From the NCBI RefSeq assembly GCF_006345805.1, contig NC_043000.1:45322001-45386000 (forward strand): a DNA stretch of 64,000 nucleotides, written 5' to 3'. The DNA comes from Octopus sinensis. Lineage: Eukaryota. Below, one piece after another: positions 37,886-52,089 of the stretch (position 1 is the stretch's first letter; the number at the start of each line of letters is the position of its first letter). The position numbers and the translations under genes were made by a program. The notes under the pieces are model-generated. The model was not told where the DNA came from. It made no database searches and worked only from the letters and a program-made list of their open reading frames with translations.

Positions 37886-38716
37886 GTGTATGTGTACTTG
37901 TGATTGGCATCCTCATTCTCCCTTTCAGCTTTTGTGTGTACGAGCATTCGACTCTACAAATATAAGTAAGCCCAAGAAGGCTATGTTTGAAAATTCCTGT
38001 CCCAAGTAAATATGTTATCACTGGTGCAGTGCAGTCTGAATATTTAAGATACTTAACTCACACTGGCTTCACAGATCCTACTGTAATAAAATGGTAAACC
38101 TGATGACTGCTCGGAAAAAGGAGCTTTATATAATTAACAAGATTTTTGTTATCTTATCACATTGCATTTAAGTTCACTTCTAGACTAAAGCCATGATGAA
38201 AGCAGACTACAAAGCAAACTAAAACGTCCCTTATGCTGCCTCCATACCTAACATAGATCACAACTTACTCACCAGTTTATATCTTCATTTAAATTTTAAT
38301 CAGTCTATATTTCAGAGTTTACTCACTTGTATTTCTTTACAAATACTGTCATTAATGCTATGGCTTGTTTTCTCGTAGCTGATGTAATATCAAATGATAG
38401 GGAATTGTTTAGTGCTCGCTACATTAAGTATATCACTTCACACTTATTCACACTGAACTGCATGTTCTTCATGGGGAATGTTTCCCTTGGAAATTTTTTT
38501 ATTCACACAAGAGCAGTGTTTAATCCATTGTATCAACTTCACAGAAAAATGAACTCTAAGAATAAATCAACACTTTGCAAAAGTCTACTGAGATTTTTGT
38601 CCTGAATTTATGGCTTCAAAATTGAGAGGATCTTTTAATTTGATTCCTCTGGACATACTTTTTGTTAATTCCAAATATTATCTCTCCCTTTCTCTCTTTT
38701 CTTTTTCTCCATCCCT

Positions 38717-38762
<46 letters not shown>

Positions 38763-40358
38763 AATCAATCAGTCAATGAAGTCATTCAACCAACCAATCA
38801 ATCATTGAAGAGATTGATTAGGTGTGTCCTTCACATGTGTTTGCTCTCATCTACTACTGCATCAACATTACACTTTCAAGTCTAATCAGCTGCTTTCATT
38901 ATATTGATTATTGATATTTTTTTTACATATGACCTGTGTAAGAGAGAGCGATGAGATTGTATGATCTTCAATATCTTTTTCATGAACATTACATATAAGT
39001 GAAGGAAAAATGGTCACAAAGAGAAATCAAAATGAAGTTGCAAGTTCATCTAATTGACTCTCAAAAGCCTCAACAAAACATGTCAAATGGAAATGGGAAC
39101 CACTTTGTAATAGAGTGAACTGCAAGAAATAGCAGTCAAATTTCTTTCGAATTATACTCTAAAGTATTCTATCTAGAGGATAGACCCATTGCATAATCCT
39201 ATTTTAGATACACTGAGCCTAGTTAAAATAAAATGACCAGATGTTTATGGCTTGAATGCCATTGATCATAGGCCTGCTTCACAAGGCTAGACTGGGGCTA
39301 AAATCGCAGCTATTAAAACAACTACAAGAGTAACAGTTAAAAGACACACAGTGGTGGGTCCAAATTTATGAGTCACTAATTTCATAGGGATAACAAAGAC
39401 AATTGTATTTTAATGAATGAAATTTTTCTGCATCCTCAGATTTAGTAGCATTGAATTTCTTAACATTCAGTTTGTTTTTCTAATGAATTTATTAAACCAT
39501 GTCTTTTCTGATTCACTTTGGTAATGCAAACCATATTCCATTTTTTTTCTTCATTATTATTTTAATCATCCAAAAGTTTTCCCCTTTCTTTTTCATGTTA
39601 CACAGCCTCATAACCTCTTTGAAATTTATTTGCACTTCCTTCAACATAATTGTGTTTCATCTTCAGTTTAACACATTCTTATAAATATTAGTTCTTTTAG
39701 CTGTTTTAGATATTGGTCTGTGTCCATACGGGAGCATCAACTTGAAGCTTTTAGATTATCAAATCAACCACAGTATTTATTTTAAATTTGATAGATATTT
39801 TATTGGTCTCTTTTAACTGTGCAGTCAAATTGCAAGCACATGAACAAGCTAACACCAGTTGCCAAGCAGTGAGACAAACACAAACTCTATAGAGACATAC
39901 ACCGTAACACACAAATAAACAAACACATGCACAAAGACACAGACAGACACACACACACACACAAGCATGCATGCACACGAGTGCATGTGCACAAAAACAC
40001 ACACACATACACACAGCACAGTTTTATCAACAAAATTCACTCATAATTCAGTCGCAAACAAATTCACAAACCAAGGTGCCATGCAGTGGAACAGAACCCA
40101 AAACTATGTAATTTGCAAGCAAACTTCTCAACATATAGCCATGCATGTGCCAACATATGCACATACTATAAGATTAATGAGCCAAAATTGCGAGGATGAT
40201 CCAGTTCTTGACTGAAGACAAAAGGCTTTGAATGTCCGTGTTTTTCTGTATCGTCTATTTGGATGTTTTGCATTCTTGTCCCATTTTGTATTTTATTTTA
40301 TATATACTTATATATATATATATATTATTTATATATTAGTTATATACATATATTTATG

Positions 40359-40389
<31 letters not shown>

Positions 40390-40614
40390 GGGTTTGTGTG
40401 TGTATGTGTGTGTGTGAGAGAGAGAGAGGGAAAGAGAGAGAGAGAGAAAGATGTGTTTTTCCATGCAAATATGGGCCAGATGAATATATTAAGGCACTGA
40501 TTTACTATCATGTGCCTTGTTGACTGGAGAAATTACATGACTAACTCCTGTTGCAGCTCAGCAATATACAGAGAAGTGAAAATGTAAACACACACACACA
40601 TACACACACATGTA

Positions 40615-40932
40615 TATATACATACATACATACATACATACATACATGCATACATACATACATGCATACATACATGCATGCATACATACATGCATACATA
40701 CATACATACATACATACATGCATACATACATGCATGCATACATACATGCATACATACATACATACATACATACATGCATACATACATGCATGCATACATA
40801 CATGCATACATACATACATACATACATACATACATACATACATACATACATACATACATACATACATACATACATACATACATACATACATACATACATA
40901 CATACATACATACATACATGCATGCATACATA
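40615..40932. repeat. (TACA)n array with interspersed TGCA variants
   Basis: Directly visible. Source of several >100-aa artefact ORFs. Confidence 0.95.
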
Positions 40933-41731
40933 CAAAAATCCTTGTTACTGATGTTCAACTTCCAATGAAGGAGAATAGATCTAGGTTAGAAACCAGTTCT
41001 TTCTCTATTGTCAAATCTTGAAATGAAATTGAAAAATGGTTGTAATCATTGATATAGTAAGAGGAAAACTCTTAGCAAGTTAAGACTGTGATAACAACAT
41101 TATTTCCCATTCAATCCAATTTTACTGCAGTTTTATCCCTAATGCCATTTGGAAATGCAACAGTATTTCCAAATATGAATGTATGATTGTATAAATGCAT
41201 GTATGTGTGTGTGTGTGTGCACATACATATGTATGTATGTATGTATGCATGTATGTATGTTTAGCTGTTTTTCAGTTTCCATCTACCAAATCACCTCATG
41301 AAGCTTAGAGATATATATGTATATTTGTGTGTGAATGTCATGTCATGAATTCTCAATATCACTGTATGGCAGAAAATGGTATTTTTGAATACAACTTGGA
41401 GTAAAAAAAAGGTTTCATAATTCCATATTTCAGTATGTAAGGACCAGTGCAATAAAAAAAATTAAAACTTGCTTTACTTGATAGTGATGGTAACAAGAAG
41501 AGCATCCAGCTGTTGACAATTTGCTTGAATATGTTTCATCTAACCCATGCCAACAGGGAAGAAACAGACATACAAATGCTTATATGTTTATATGTGTATG
41601 TGTGTGTTTGTATGTATTCTACATTTTTCCTACACATCTCTGTTCAAATTTTCTACCCACTTTCCTTTTATTTATTAAATTATTTTACTTCTTTCTTTCT
41701 TTGTGTTTTCTTGTATCTTTATTTCCTCTTT

Positions 41732-41784
<53 letters not shown>

Positions 41785-43399
41785 TCTAATTGCCTTGTAG
41801 AAGTCCTTTCAACTATTAGAAAACCGTTTAAGGAAAGACATAATGCATTACTATTGCTACAGCAAATGCAGTACTAGGGTCCAAATTCTATTCCCTATAT
41901 TCCGTGGTTTACTGTTAATAAACAACCACTATACAGCCCAGTGCACTGATTTTCCCAGGGGTCTATAATGCTGCTAAAACGGCCTTGGTGGGGATTTTCT
42001 GATGAATACAAAGCAGACATCTTTTAGTTCTTTTAGATAGTTCTTTAAAGAAGATGCCAAGAAAACCAATAGCACTTTATTTGTTTTTTGTTTCAAATTG
42101 CTAAATTTAACACCACCACTTAGTATTAGGGTACCTTTTAATGCAGTTCTCTCTGTTATATGAAATTTGGATTAGGTAGCTCTGTGGAATTCCCTTTTCA
42201 TTAATAATCATCTTGCAGACACTGATATTCAGATACTAAAACCAAGTCTCACTAATCTTAAATGATGTGTAAATAGTCATGAGTAGTGATTGCTTTTTCC
42301 CTTTTCTGACTAACTGCTAAACAAATTTTGTTGAAAGAAACCAATATTACCAAAGATGAATTCAGCATGTTGGTTGATAAGATATTTATTTCCATCTTCT
42401 TACACTCTGAGTTGGAATCAATTATCTTGATTTTTGAAATTCATTCTTCCAAAGAAATAACTACCCTTATAACAGTGAATTTAGTCAGCCTGTTATCTCT
42501 ACTGCTTTGTAAAAATAGCTATATTAAAATATCTGGTTGTAATCATTGATACAGTAAGAGGAAAACTCTTAGTAAGTTAAAACTGTGATAATAGCATTAT
42601 TTCCCATTCAATCCAAGTTTACTGCAGTTTTATCCCTAATGCCATTTGGAAATGCAACAGTATCTCAATGTTTCATTTACCTATTAACTTAAATTTAAGT
42701 CTTTTGTACTTGATAAAAGAATCACTATTAAAGTAAATCTTCCTGCTGATCTTATTTTCCCTCTTTTTCCTTTTGTTAAATCTTTGGCTAATAATGGTTA
42801 AAAGCTTTATCACTATTTATTGAGATTTTGAAATGGAATTTCTTTACTTAAGTTAAAATATAATGCTGTAATTTATCAGTGCTCTTTCCTCTTTTGCAAT
42901 CTTAATTTTTTTGATCTCTTGTCCTCAAAAAGAAAACTATTTTAGTGCATTTTATTTACTTTATCAGACATTGCCATGTTTAATTTATTACAAAAGAATA
43001 CAAAACTTGATCATCAAGATAACATTGCATACCTTTCTATTGTTTATATTTGTGTGGGGGCTCTTTGGGGGAGGTGGGGTTTATCCCAATTCAGAAATAG
43101 AATGGAAGACAACCATTGTCTTAGGAGACATTGTTTATCACATTTAACATTTTCCAATGTCGTTGAGAGATAATTAGTTTCCATTGTGCAAATATATTGT
43201 TTGTTTTGAAATCTCTCTTTGATCATTTCTGAAGAAAGCAACCACATGAATTTCAATCTGATAAGAAACTTAAAACTAAATTTTTAAATTGGAGCTGTAT
43301 AGGTAAATTGCAAGTAGTTCTAAGTTTAAAGTATGGCCTGTTGAGATTCAGGATAGACTTTTCTCTTTCCCTCTTGAAAGAGATAATACATACATACAT

Positions 43400-44030
43400 A
43401 CGTATACAGAAAAGCCATAAAATGTGACAACTGGTGCAGACTGTGGAGTTCACACTGAAGATATCACCCACATCATACACAGTTGTCTGAAAAATGTCAT
43501 CACGGTGTTATCTACCAATGAGACATGATGTAGCTTGGACAATTTATAATGAAATGTGTCAGAAGGATAATCCCGAGGACAAAGAAATAAAAACCCACAA
43601 TATGCTAGAAGCCATAGCCACTCATAATGAAAAGGAATACTGGTGGAAGGCCTCAATAAAATGTAAGCATGACAGACCTGATATAATGATTTGGGATAGA
43701 GAAGAGAAACTGTGCACAGTTGTGGAAATTAGCTGCCCAGTGGATGTTAATATAAAACTGAAGATCAGTGAAAAAGAGAATACCTATGCTGAACTATTGA
43801 GCAATCTACAGTTACTCTATGCAGGTTACAAGTTCGGGTTTATACCTGTAATTATTGAGGCCCTGGGATATGTAGCACACTGCCTAAATACCAATCTTGG
43901 GAAATTAAGCTTCTCAAAACCAGAAAGGCGAAAGCTAATTCGAAGGCTACAGATCCAATCAATCACTAGAACTGTAAAACTCTTTCCAAAAGTTTATCAT
44001 TTAAATATAAACTCTACCAAAAGAATATGA
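43400..44030 (+). mobile_element. RLE-type non-LTR retrotransposon 3' fragment (CCHC + restriction-like endonuclease; R4/NeSL-related)
   Basis: A frameshifted CRLC...HII.SC finger precedes ORF 43494-44030 with RHDVA, RPDIMIWD...VEISCP...KISEKENTYAEL...PVIIEALG. Confidence 0.85.
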
Positions 44031-44069
44031 ATTCAGAAGATGCTCAGATAAGAAATTCTGTTTTTTCAA

Positions 44070-44318
44070 CCTCACGTAAAAGCACCATCCGTTCGTGGCC
44101 GTTTGCCAGCTCTGTCTGGCACCTGTGCGGGTGGCACGTAAAAAGCACCCACTACACTCACGGAGTGGTTGGCGTTAGGAAGGGCATCCAGCCGTAGAAA
44201 CACTGCCAGATCTGACTGGGCCTGATGAAGCCTTCCAGCTTCACAGACACCAGTTGAACCGTCCAACCCATGCTAGCATGGAGAACGGACGCTAAATGAT
44301 GATGATGATGATGATGAT
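44070..44318 (+). mobile_element. RTE 3'UTR fragment with (GAT)n tail
   Basis: Same 3' sequence as 35755-36325. Other copies lie at 59845-60045 (-), 56925-57170 (-), 22555-22620 (-) and 41470-41560 (+). Confidence 0.85.
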
Positions 44319-44819
44319 GTGCATCTACTCCTCTATTTCTGCACAGATCATAAACCCCCTTATTAGTTCTTTTCATTATTCTATCTATTTCATTACCATG
44401 AAAACATACTTTAAACATAATTTCGTCTTCCTCGATGTTGCTTTAAGACAAACTTATGCATATTTACTATTCGTCACTTATTCATTTATTCAAGTTTTTC
44501 ACATTGTCACTTATTTCTCCAATTTTCTCACAGATTGGCTGACCGAAAATTCTAAGATTTTTCCATTCTATTTCACTATTAGCATTTGCTGTTTCATCAA
44601 ATTATGTTACCCAAAATCCCAAAAGAATATTTTTCTACCTCGTGTTCTATCCCTGACCAGCTTCCTCTCTCTCAGTTTTGATTTACCACTTGCTTCACCA
44701 ACACTTCCCCCTCCTTCACCACAACCCTACCTTATATAAGCTAGCTCACGCAGTCGGATTCCCCCACTCCATTTTAATAACGCCTCCTCCCAAAAGAATA
44801 TGAATCTAGAAGATGGTCT

Positions 44820-47785
44820 CTCCTAATTTTGCTATCTTGCGGTAAACCTGCCCTCCCACCTCCACCACCTGTACCAGAATTAGCTATCCTCTGTCATCCT
44901 TTGGTTGTCTCCCATGAACACTTCTAAAGGCTTAACACCATCTCCACCCCTACTGAGGGTTAAACTCCTATGTAAGGTAGTGATCATATAGTGCATAAAA
45001 ATAATAATGGAGTGTATGCACGTTGAAGGCTATTGTTTGTTTAAGAATTCAGCCAAAAGTGAGCTTTCTTTTCAGGTACATGTTGCTGCTGTCCCCCATC
45101 CCAGGGTTTCATGGGCCCACACCTCCCACACCCTCAGAGTTAGCACACTCAATGTCAGCGCTCTGAAAGGTAGGTCTGGTGATATTGTTTAGATGCTTGA
45201 ATGGAGATGTGTAGATTTGTGCTGCCTCCAAGAAGTAAGGTGGAGAGGAGGTTACGCTAGGTTCCTCACAGGCAAAGAACACAGGTACAAGATTTTCTGA
45301 GCTGAGAACACTGACGGGGTCGGGGGCATGGGTATACTTCTTGTAGAGAAATGGGTTGATAAGGTAATCGAGATAGTCAGAGTATGTGATAGAATGCTAA
45401 GATTAGATTAGTGCTACATCATAGTTAGCAACCATTATCTCAGCCTATGCCCCTCAGCTGGGGCTACCTGATGGACAGAAAGACCGATTCTATGACACTC
45501 TCTTGCAGACTACCTCATTTACGAATGACAGGGACCTTCTCTTTGTGGCTGGTGACTTTAATGGACATGTTGGACAACATGCAGGGGGCTTCCATGGCGT
45601 ACATGAGGAGGGAACCAGGCTGCTCGAGTTCTGTGATGCAAATGATCTTATGGTTTGCAATACTAACTTCAGGAAACCTGCCAGTCACCTAATCACCTTC
45701 CATTATGGCAGACACACTAGCCAAATTGACTACATCCTCGCCAGAAAAGGGAAAGATGGCTGCTTATAAATGCCAAAACCTTCCCAGGTGAAGAATGTAC
45801 CCCACAACATAGATTAGTAGTTAGTTACTTCAGGATCAGGGCTAAATGGATGCCCAGAAGATGACCACCATGGAGGATAAAGGTCTGGAAGCTTAAAGAT
45901 CCTGCGAGTGGACAGTGATTTAGAGACATATTACTTGGAGATTTTGACGAAATAGAAGGGGATATAGCTTCACATGATGTGGAAGACAACTGGAAGTTTC
46001 TACAGGACAACCTGCTGAGGGCCACTGCAGATCTGTGGATGGTGCAAAGTCCCCTCACGACCCAAGGTAACTTGGTGGTGGAATAATGTTGTTGACAGGG
46101 CTATTAGAGAAAAGAAACAGGTTTGGAAGAACCGCAAGAACAGTGGTAGCAGGGAATTGTATCAGACTGCCAGAAGGGAAGCTAGGAGACTGGTTTAGTA
46201 GCTAGAGGGGATGCAGATAAGAAAAATCTTGCCAATATTCTATGCCAGGAAGGACCAAAGACTTGAGGTATTTCGTGTTGCAAGACAGTGTGTGAGAGAG
46301 AATCATGATGTCATAGGAGAGAAATGTGTCTACATGGATGATGGCTCACTTGCATTAAACGAGGCTGCAAAGAGAGAGGTTTGGAGATGCCACTATGAAA
46401 GGTTGCTCAATAAAGAGAAAGAATGGGAGAGAAAAAGTTTGCCAAATGCTGACCCAACAGAGGGACCAGCTATCCGAAATGACAGAACTTTGGTAGATAA
46501 AGCAATTAAGAGTATGAAAGCAGGGAATGCCCCTGGCCCATCAGGAATCACTGCAGAGATGCTCAAAATATCTGGCAGTGTCAGCTACAGCCTAGTTACC
46601 AGTATTGTTAACTAGGTGGTACATGAAGGAGTCACATCCAATGACTGGTGTAACAGCTCCATAGTCAACTACTACAAAGGTAAAGGTAACGCTTTAGATA
46701 CAAGTTGTTGGACCAGGTAATGAAGGTCACGGAGAGGGTCATAGCCCAACTAATCAGGGAGTGAGTCAGTCTAGATGAGATGCAATTTGGGTTCGTGCAA
46801 GGAAAAAGCACCACTGATGCTATATTTCTGGTAAGACAGCTGCAAGAGAAATACCTAGCCACAGATAAAATTCTGTACCTGGCTTTCGTTGACATGGAGA
46901 AAGCATTTGACAGGGTCCCCTGATCCCTTATCTGGTGGTCAAAGAGGAAACTAGAGATAAATGAATGTGCAAGCCATGTAAAGGGATACTGTCAGTAAGG
47001 TGAAGGCTGGCAACAAATACAGTGAAGAATTCCGAGTAGGAGTAGGGGTCCACCAAGGTTCAGTCCTCAGCCCCCTCTTATTCATCATAGTCCTCCAAGC
47101 AATAACAGAAGGATTCAAGACAGGATACTCCTGGGAACTCCTCTATGCTGATGACCTTGCTCTAATTGCTGAGTCACTATCAGAACTAGAGGAAAAGTTT
47201 CAGATGTGGAAGCAAGGATTAGAATCGAAAGGCCTTAGAGTCAACCTAGATAAAACCAAAGTTCTAATAAGTAGGAAGGCAGACAAACCACAAATCCCTT
47301 CAGGTTTATGGCCCTGCTCGATCTGTAGAAAAAGCATAGGTAGAAACTATAAGATGTACCCAGTGTAAGCTATGGACACATAAGAGATGCAGCAATATCA
47401 AAGGAAGGCTAACTGGGAAGATAGTTTTTGTATGTGGCAAATGCTCAGGTGCTATAAACACTTAAAATGTGCAGAGAACAGCTTCTGTCAAATTCCAGGG
47501 AGAAAAACTGGTGGATGCTCCGAAAGTGTAGCAGCTAGAATAAGAATAGCCTGGGCAAAGTTCAGAGAGCTCTTACCTCTGCCTGTGACAAAGTGCCTCT
47601 TGTTCAGAGTAAAAGGTAGACTGTATGATGCATATGTGTGAACATCCCTAGTACATGGTAGTGAAACATGGGCTGTAACTGCTGAGGATATGAAGGATTG
47701 AAGCAAGTATGCTTCGTTGGATGTGCAATGTTAGTGAGCATACACGATAGAATGTAAGCACCTGAGAGAAAAGCTGGATTTAAAA
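44820..47785 (+). mobile_element. RTE-clade LINE, near full length but disrupted (APE endonuclease + RT), 3'-truncated
   Basis: APE motifs (TLNVSALKG, LQEVRW, ISAYAPQ, VAGDFNGHVG, SQIDYIL) and RT motifs (KAPGPSG, FVDMEKAFD, GVHQGSVLSP, LLYADDLAL), with multiple stops and frameshifts. Confidence 0.95.
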
Positions 47786-50700
47786 AGTAGAGGATAAATG
47801 CAGGTAAATCAACCCAAGAGAGAGGAAAGTAAGGAGGGAGTAGTGGATTGATACATTGACAGTACTCTGGCCATTCCATTTTGTTAGTGCTATCTCTACC
47901 ATGCATAGCCAAAAAGAGCTGATTTTTTCCAGTGTAGCTCGTCTTCAATTATTGCAGCTCCATGTCATTTCTTGTTTGAAGTTCAGTATTTTGAGAAATC
48001 TTTACAGTATTTCATGCCATGTCATCCTAAGTATTCCTCTTCCATAAACACCATAAATTTTCAATACTTAGCATTTCTTTGATTAGATGCTTTCATTCAT
48101 ACAATTTATCATATGCTTTTACCGTCACATTCATTTCTCTTACAAGTTTTATCTTATTTCTTTTAACATAGTTTTTTCTATAAGTTCATTCATTCTGTTT
48201 TGTTCATGCACATTGATATTATACATATTGATGAGCATGTTCAGCTCATTTCCTTTTATTACTTGAAATACACTCTACATTTAGGACCCAAATTTCACCA
48301 CAATGCTCTAAAAACATTTAGTCACCCTAGTATTTTCTGGAACCTGTCTATGTCTACCCTTATTGTGATCTACCACTGTCTTTGTAGAATTAGCTGTGCA
48401 GATTTTCAGTTGTACTAATTACAAATGTGGTTGGACACACAAATTAACTTCAAAACGTTTTTAGCTCAATATTTAAATCAGTTTTTTTTCCTTAAATTTT
48501 CAAATCACTTCTGCAAAACAGTTGAGGAAAGTATTGATCATATAAAGTTTCGCTTTTAATGTTGGTTGCTCATTGGAATTATCTAATAAGCCATTCTAAA
48601 ATATAAGATTTAGATTTAGAGTTTTCAGTCTTGTTGAGAATTTTGTTGTTGTGCTGCAGACATTGTAGATTTCCTAATGGTGGTATAATTATAATTAACA
48701 AGGGTACATAGCAGGTTTTCTTGTGAGTCAAAAATGCCGTGAGAAAAAATTAATGGCTATCTTTCTAAATGACTCCTTAACATGCAATTGTCTGCTATAA
48801 TTTGTCTTCTTGGGTTGTACAGTCATCAAGTGTCAGATTTCCTGTGTAGCATGCAATATTTTCACAAGATTTCTTGTGTTAAATCTAGAGACCAGATTTA
48901 TGGTATTCTAGTGTTCTAGTCCAATACTACAGCAACATGTGTTATAGCTAGCACAACAAATGTGCTAATTGAACATATGATGTTTTTGCTGTCGAGTGGT
49001 CAGAATACTTTAACACTTAAAATATTCATATAGCTTTCTTGCATAGAGATTTAGTTGCACCTTTGATCAAGTATTTACAGAGAGCTGAATTGTCCATACC
49101 TTGTATTATTTACCCTTCATAGAGTTTCAAATCATTTACTCATCCTGCCAGTCTGACTTATTGTAGCATAACCTTCTTCCAATAACCAGCTTAGATGGAA
49201 TCTTAATTTCATGGCAGATTTAGGGAAAATTAGTAGCATACAAGTTTAGACCATGGCTAGCTGAAAGGCAATCACTCAAAAATGAAATAAAGACTAGGTG
49301 TAATGTTACCTTGAATATTCCTCTCCAGTAGATATCCTTCTGGGGTTAATGCATACAGTCATAATATTTTTGGCTACCATAAGAAATTTATATCACATGT
49401 TCATTGTTTTAATGTAGGTCTCTATGGCATCATCAAACTGTTGTACTTCCAACATTTTGATAACCGAAACATTTAGGACCAAGTCAAACAATTTCTAATA
49501 AGTGATCCAAGCACATATCAGATTCTTTTTACACATCTTTAAACTAAAGTATTTTCTGAATTGGCTTCATAGATTCTGTTCTGATATTCAATTGAGTTTT
49601 CAAGTTAAGACTAAGCAATTTATTGGTATGGCATTATTTAGCATTTGCAAATGGAGAACTGGATAGAGATTAATTGATTAAAGTGACTGAATGACTCTGC
49701 AAGACATAAATATAATCAATGCATCATAACTGATCCAAGTATATAACAGGTTCTTTTTACAGACCAATTTATTTATTACTATTCATGAACTGGTTTCATA
49801 GTCTCTGTTTTAGATCTCCGTTGAATCTTAGATTCAGATTTGACATCTGTTCGTATGACATCTTTCAGCTTTACCAATGGTGAGCTGGACAGAAAAAATA
49901 ATAAATAAAATGAGTAAATTACAACAAAAAAATACAGCAAATTGAGGGAACAATTATTACTGTTTACAAAGATATTACTACATGTTTTCCTTAATCTTCT
50001 GTTGAGCATTAGTTTTATAACTAGTCACAAATGCAGCAGTGTAACAGCACTGAGATCAATAGTTATGCAACAGTATTTTGTCTTTTACAAGTTGTTCTAA
50101 AATTACACCTGTGTTCATTTTAATTGGATCAATCCGAGAAAAGATATTTTGTAAAATTTATTCATGTAGCAATCAGAGGAACTACTCCCAGCTGAGGAAA
50201 ACTGTTGTACAAACAGAGTTATATATAAAATATTTTCCCTGAGTTTCTTTCCACAAGAGGAATTTTCATAGCAAAATCAAAGTATGCTAACAATTTTAAT
50301 CGACACCATCACCAAAAATTCTAAAATTGCTTATATCTTCTGGTCTATAGGATTCCATTTGACCATGAAATGTAAGGTTTTGACTTTCTAGAAATCTTAT
50401 ACAATAGAGAATTCTATGGAAAACAGCTGCTCACAACTTTTGTTTTCCAAATGCAATTTGAGCTTGGAGTGTTATGGTAATAATGATTCACCTACTTCCT
50501 AAAAGATTTGTTTCTATTCCTTTTCTCTATGGAAAGCAATATCAATGATTTTTCTTCCCTTTTCATGGATGCTAAGCCTTTCTGGCACTTTTCAATGATT
50601 GAATCCATATTCTTATTCTGATGAACATTGAATGGCATTTCATGAAAATAGCAAACACCAATAGCAAAAGTTACTTTCTTCTTTAGACAATAAACAAAGT

Positions 50701-51452
50701 TATCTATATCTATTTCCCTACACTCTCTTATTCATTGATCAGTATTATGTAGGAACAAATGGTCCTTTACAAATCTGAGTATACTTCAAACCCTGTGCAA
50801 CCATTTCTGTCTGCAGGGCATCTGATGAAATTACATTTTCTGTAATACTTTATTTTGAATTACATTTGGTTTAGGCTGTACTGTGTTTTATAAAATTACA
50901 CTTGGTTTAGGCTGTACTGTGTTTAAAATTTTTCCAATATTCTAAGTTTTGGTATAGTCTGCCTATCAGAAAGATTCTTCTGCTCCCTTGGAGATACTTA
51001 ATTCTCCTTCTGATACACTAGCAGATTGTTTTATGCTCAACGCTGATGCAGCAGTTAATATTGAGGAAATACTAAATTGATAAAAGTATGACATAACACT
51101 ACTTGATATTTCAGCTTCTGCTTACGTTTTTAATTTCTGATTGCCTTCTACTCCACACTGCTAATGAAGCAGTGTGGAATTGAAGGCAAGCAAGCATCAC
51201 TGTATAACATAATTTTATAAAGACAGAAACATTCTCACATATGCTCATATTATATACATAGTAATGAAATTGTCAATATCTTAATACTGCTAATGTATAT
51301 AGTTGAAATATTTATATACTAAAGTGTTACATCTGCCATATTCTATAATGATGAATTGAAATGCATGTATATGTTTTCGGTATGTGTATATGTGTGTATG
51401 CATGTGTCTTTGTGCGTATGTATATATACACATGCGTATGAATATATTTGTA

Positions 51453-51848
51453 TACTCTTTTACTTGTTTCAGTCATTTGACTGCGGCAATGCTGGAGCAC
51501 CGCCTTTAATTGAGCAACTCGACCCCGGGACTTATTCTTTTGTAAGCCCAGTACTTATTCTATCGGTCTCCTTTGCCGAACCGCTAAGTAACAGGGACAT
51601 AAACACACCAGCATCGGTTGTCAAGCAATGCTAGGGGGACAAACACAGACACACAAACACATACACGCATATATATACATATATACGACGGGCTTCTTTC
51701 AGTTTCCGTCTACCAAATCCACTCACAAGGATTTGGTCGGCCCGAGGCTATAGTAGAAGACACTTGCCCAAGGTGCCATGCAGTGGGACTGAACCCGGAA
51801 TCATGTGGTTGGTAAACAAGCTACTTACCACACAGCCACTCCTGTGCC
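51453..51848 (-). mobile_element. Bipartite SINE copy (young, CpG-rich)
   Basis: Matches the 7916-8362 family. Confidence 0.9.
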
Positions 51849-52089
51849 ATAAATATATATGTATATATATATTTATGTATGTTTATACATATATATAAGC
51901 ATGTATATGTATGTGTATATATGTATGTATATAAAAAATCCTCAAAAGTTTCCAAGCAAGCTGATATTTCCCAATGATTGGACATGTAATCATGGATGAC
52001 TGGAACGAAAGGGACACTACTTGTATGACTGACATTTATATTACGACCACACAATATAAAGGCAAGGACACAAATGCACACAAGTATAT

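Noticed and set aside
38098-38135. CTGATGA followed by a gctc/gagc stem
   Set aside because: No GAAA or NUH follows, so it is a chance match.
38327-38605. 92-aa plus-strand ORF with a possible acceptor at ~38378
   Set aside because: Non-ATG start, no recognisable motif and no phase-consistent partner exon. Compatible with chance.
40195-40245. CTGAAGA-caaaaggcttt-GAAtgtc hammerhead-like remnant
   Set aside because: GAAA is incomplete, stem II is weak and there is no stem I. At most a dead PLE terminal-repeat fragment.
7110-41021. Dozens of 60-185 aa ORFs rich in YI, CV, HT, MYVC, LS, RE
   Set aside because: They are translations of (TA)n, (TG)n, (ATGT)n and (GA)n microsatellites, which lack stop codons in most frames.
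43494-44030. 178-aa ORF as a host nuclease gene
   Set aside because: It is the CCHC/RLE end of a non-LTR retrotransposon with an upstream frameshift and no splice structure.
50858-50925. ~35-bp two-copy tandem repeat (also a 13-bp pair at ~8817-8843)
   Set aside because: Ordinary slippage duplications with no further structure.
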